Assembly (NCBI RefSeq): GCF_020745735.1 | Contig: NC_083406.1 | Location: 98,495,164-98,559,163 of the forward strand | Length of the DNA stretch: 64,000 nucleotides | Direction of reading: 5' to 3' | DNA from: Hemiscyllium ocellatum | Taxonomy: Eukaryota | Part shown: positions 62,147 to 64,000 of the stretch, in pieces | How positions within the stretch are numbered: the stretch's first letter is position 1 | How the letters are laid out: each line of letters begins with the position of its first letter | Made by a program: the position numbers and the translations under genes | Notes under the pieces: model-generated | Told to the model about the DNA's origin: nothing | Seen by the model: the letters and a program-made list of their open reading frames with translations, nothing else | The model's database searches: none

Positions 62147-63933
62147 GTAAGAATCTGGTTCAAAAATTATTTTCAAAGAAATTTTTTAAAGTGTTAATTA
62201 AATTCCTGGTAAAAATCGTAAATGTAGAATATGTATATATAACTGGACCATGCCAGTATCTTTGCAGTTTCTATGGTTTTTGTTTCCACAGTCATCAATT
62301 TTTCTCACTAAATTTGATTGTAATTTCATTTAGTATTTACATTCTCTGAAAATTGGTCATTGTGATATTTCCAATCTTTCTAGCTGTATCTTCCTGAAAA
62401 TAGTGCTAATAAACTTAATCTAATTTTTAACAATATTCAATATCATACATTATAAGAAATTCAAGGTATTTTCCAATAAATATCTTAAATATTTCAGTGA
62501 TCCAAATAGATCAGCAATGTTATGAAGATTTCCCTTGTGACTATTGACCATTATTCTGATGTTAGTGGTGAGTGCTGCATTTGTCAAAAGTGTAGCATTT
62601 TGTAAATTTGTATGTGGTTGCCAGCTAAACATATTTTGTGTTGCTATAATGTATGAGATCAGAATATAGAAGGCTGTGTTTGTTGCCACCCCATGTGTGG
62701 GGGCATGCACTCAGTCCATGCAGTCGCAATGTCTGGCGTCACTGCCAGGGAAAAACTTCATGCTTAAAGTTTAGATCGTTTGGCAGCCTGATGACTCTGA
62801 AATGTGGTATAAAACCATTGACCCAGAGGAGTACTCAGAAAGAGCCTCACCCACTGCCTAAGTTGCTGCCTAATGACCTGAGTGAAATGGCCAGTGAGGT
62901 CCCCCCAACCCTCCCTCCCCCCCCCCCCCCCCCCCCACAGGACGAGGCAGCAGTAAGAGGCCCATCACTTCTGGTTTTGTTATAGGTGACTGCTTCTGGT
63001 TTTGATAACAGTGTGGTGTGGGTGCACAATGATAACATCGACAACACCAACTTCCTGTAGGAATATGCATCAAGTATAGAAAAATAAAAGACGTGGATGG
63101 ATCCATATATATGCTTTCTAAACTGATGGAACAAATAGCTATAACCATGGTATACTTTAATATGGCACATACCTTTATGGCAAAATCTTTAGAGCTCAGA
63201 ATATCTTGTAATTGAAAAGAATCAGATGAAAAAGACATGTTTCAAATCTTATCCATAGATCCTTATTCAATCATGTCACTAATGCAAATTAACATTCCTA
63301 ATATTGTGTTGACTCTCTGGCCATTATAAACCTCTTTCTGAAACAAAACATTTGAAATAATGTAAATAGAAAACAATTCTGTGAAAGTAGCTAAACTGTA
63401 CCCATCCCTTTTTCAATACCCTTAACAGTTTTTGATAGTTCAAATTGCTTTGTTCTCAGGTGTGCTGTCTCATCAGCTTTAACTTGAGTCTTGTGTCACA
63501 TCATTTTATGTTCCTTTGTAAATGTACAATCTGCGAGCTTTGTGTCCCTTAGTGTCACGTATTTGCTCGGCCCACTTCCTGTTTGATTCTTCTATGCAAG
63601 GGGAATCTCTTTTCGTTAACCCCCATAGCAAGCAGTATCTTTTCCTATAATGTTGAGATGCAGGTGCTGGACTGGGGTGGACAAAGTTGAAAAACACACA
63701 GTACCAGGTTATAGTCCAACAAATTTGTTTGAAAGTACTGGAAGCTTGTACTTTAAATAAACCTGTTGGACTATAACCTGGTGTTGTGTGATTTTTAACT
63801 TTATCTTTTCCTAGGCTTAGCACTTGCTCATTAGTGTCTAAGTGGCACCTCTGATGGCCACACCAAAATATCCACAATCTGGAAGACAACTCGACAGTAA
63901 ATATTTGCAAAGTGCCTTCAACAAAATAAAGTG

Positions 63934-64000
63934 GGTGGCATGGTAACTCAGTGGTTAGCACTGCTGCCTCACAGCACCAGGGACCCGGGTTCAATTCCTG
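63934..64000 (+). mobile_element. HE1-type SINE head, truncated by the window edge
   Basis: CTCAGTGGTTAGCACTGCTGCCTCACAGCACCAGGGACCCGGGTTCAATTCC. Confidence 0.8.

Noticed and set aside
62941-63005. Next NEK3 exon after the poly-C/CAG
   Set aside because: The required phase-1 frame stops early and lacks the expected acidic C-terminal similarity; the remaining exons are probably beyond the window
1-64000. CRISPR array, rRNA or a prokaryote-type operon/defence system
   Set aside because: No regularly spaced repeat-spacer array; the sequence is a spliced vertebrate locus, and the short ORFs are mostly repeat-derived noise

Overview
Vertebrate genomic DNA, almost certainly from a shark or other elasmobranch, given the HE1-type tRNA SINEs and CR1/HER1-type LINEs. 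Three intron-containing genes can be reconstructed from splice sites and reading-frame phase. (1) The first two coding exons of VPS36 on the minus strand; the gene continues off the left edge. (2) A complete 9-exon CKAP2 on the plus strand (21773-35962, 753 aa), head-to-head with VPS36, with a G2/M-type promoter. (3) NEK3 on the plus strand: the complete kinase domain plus part of the C-terminal tail, 13 coding exons from 43468 to 62146; the gene runs off the right edge. Most of the remainder is transposon-derived: CR1 LINEs, two SINE families, Penelope-like elements (PLEs), solo LTRs and a decayed Harbinger-type Myb/SANT gene. The strongest non-genic signal is a dense population of minimal hammerhead ribozymes from several PLE families, showing helix covariation. 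Many sit in tiny (about 30-330 bp), often fold-back, insertions flanked by 11-17 bp target-site duplications (TSDs). Other notable points: two consecutive GC-AG introns in NEK3, an apparent KEN-to-D-box degron swap in CKAP2, and exon-encoded RKxW repeats in the NEK3 tail. All identifications come from reading the sequence and recalled protein motifs; no database search was run, and repeat boundaries are approximate.
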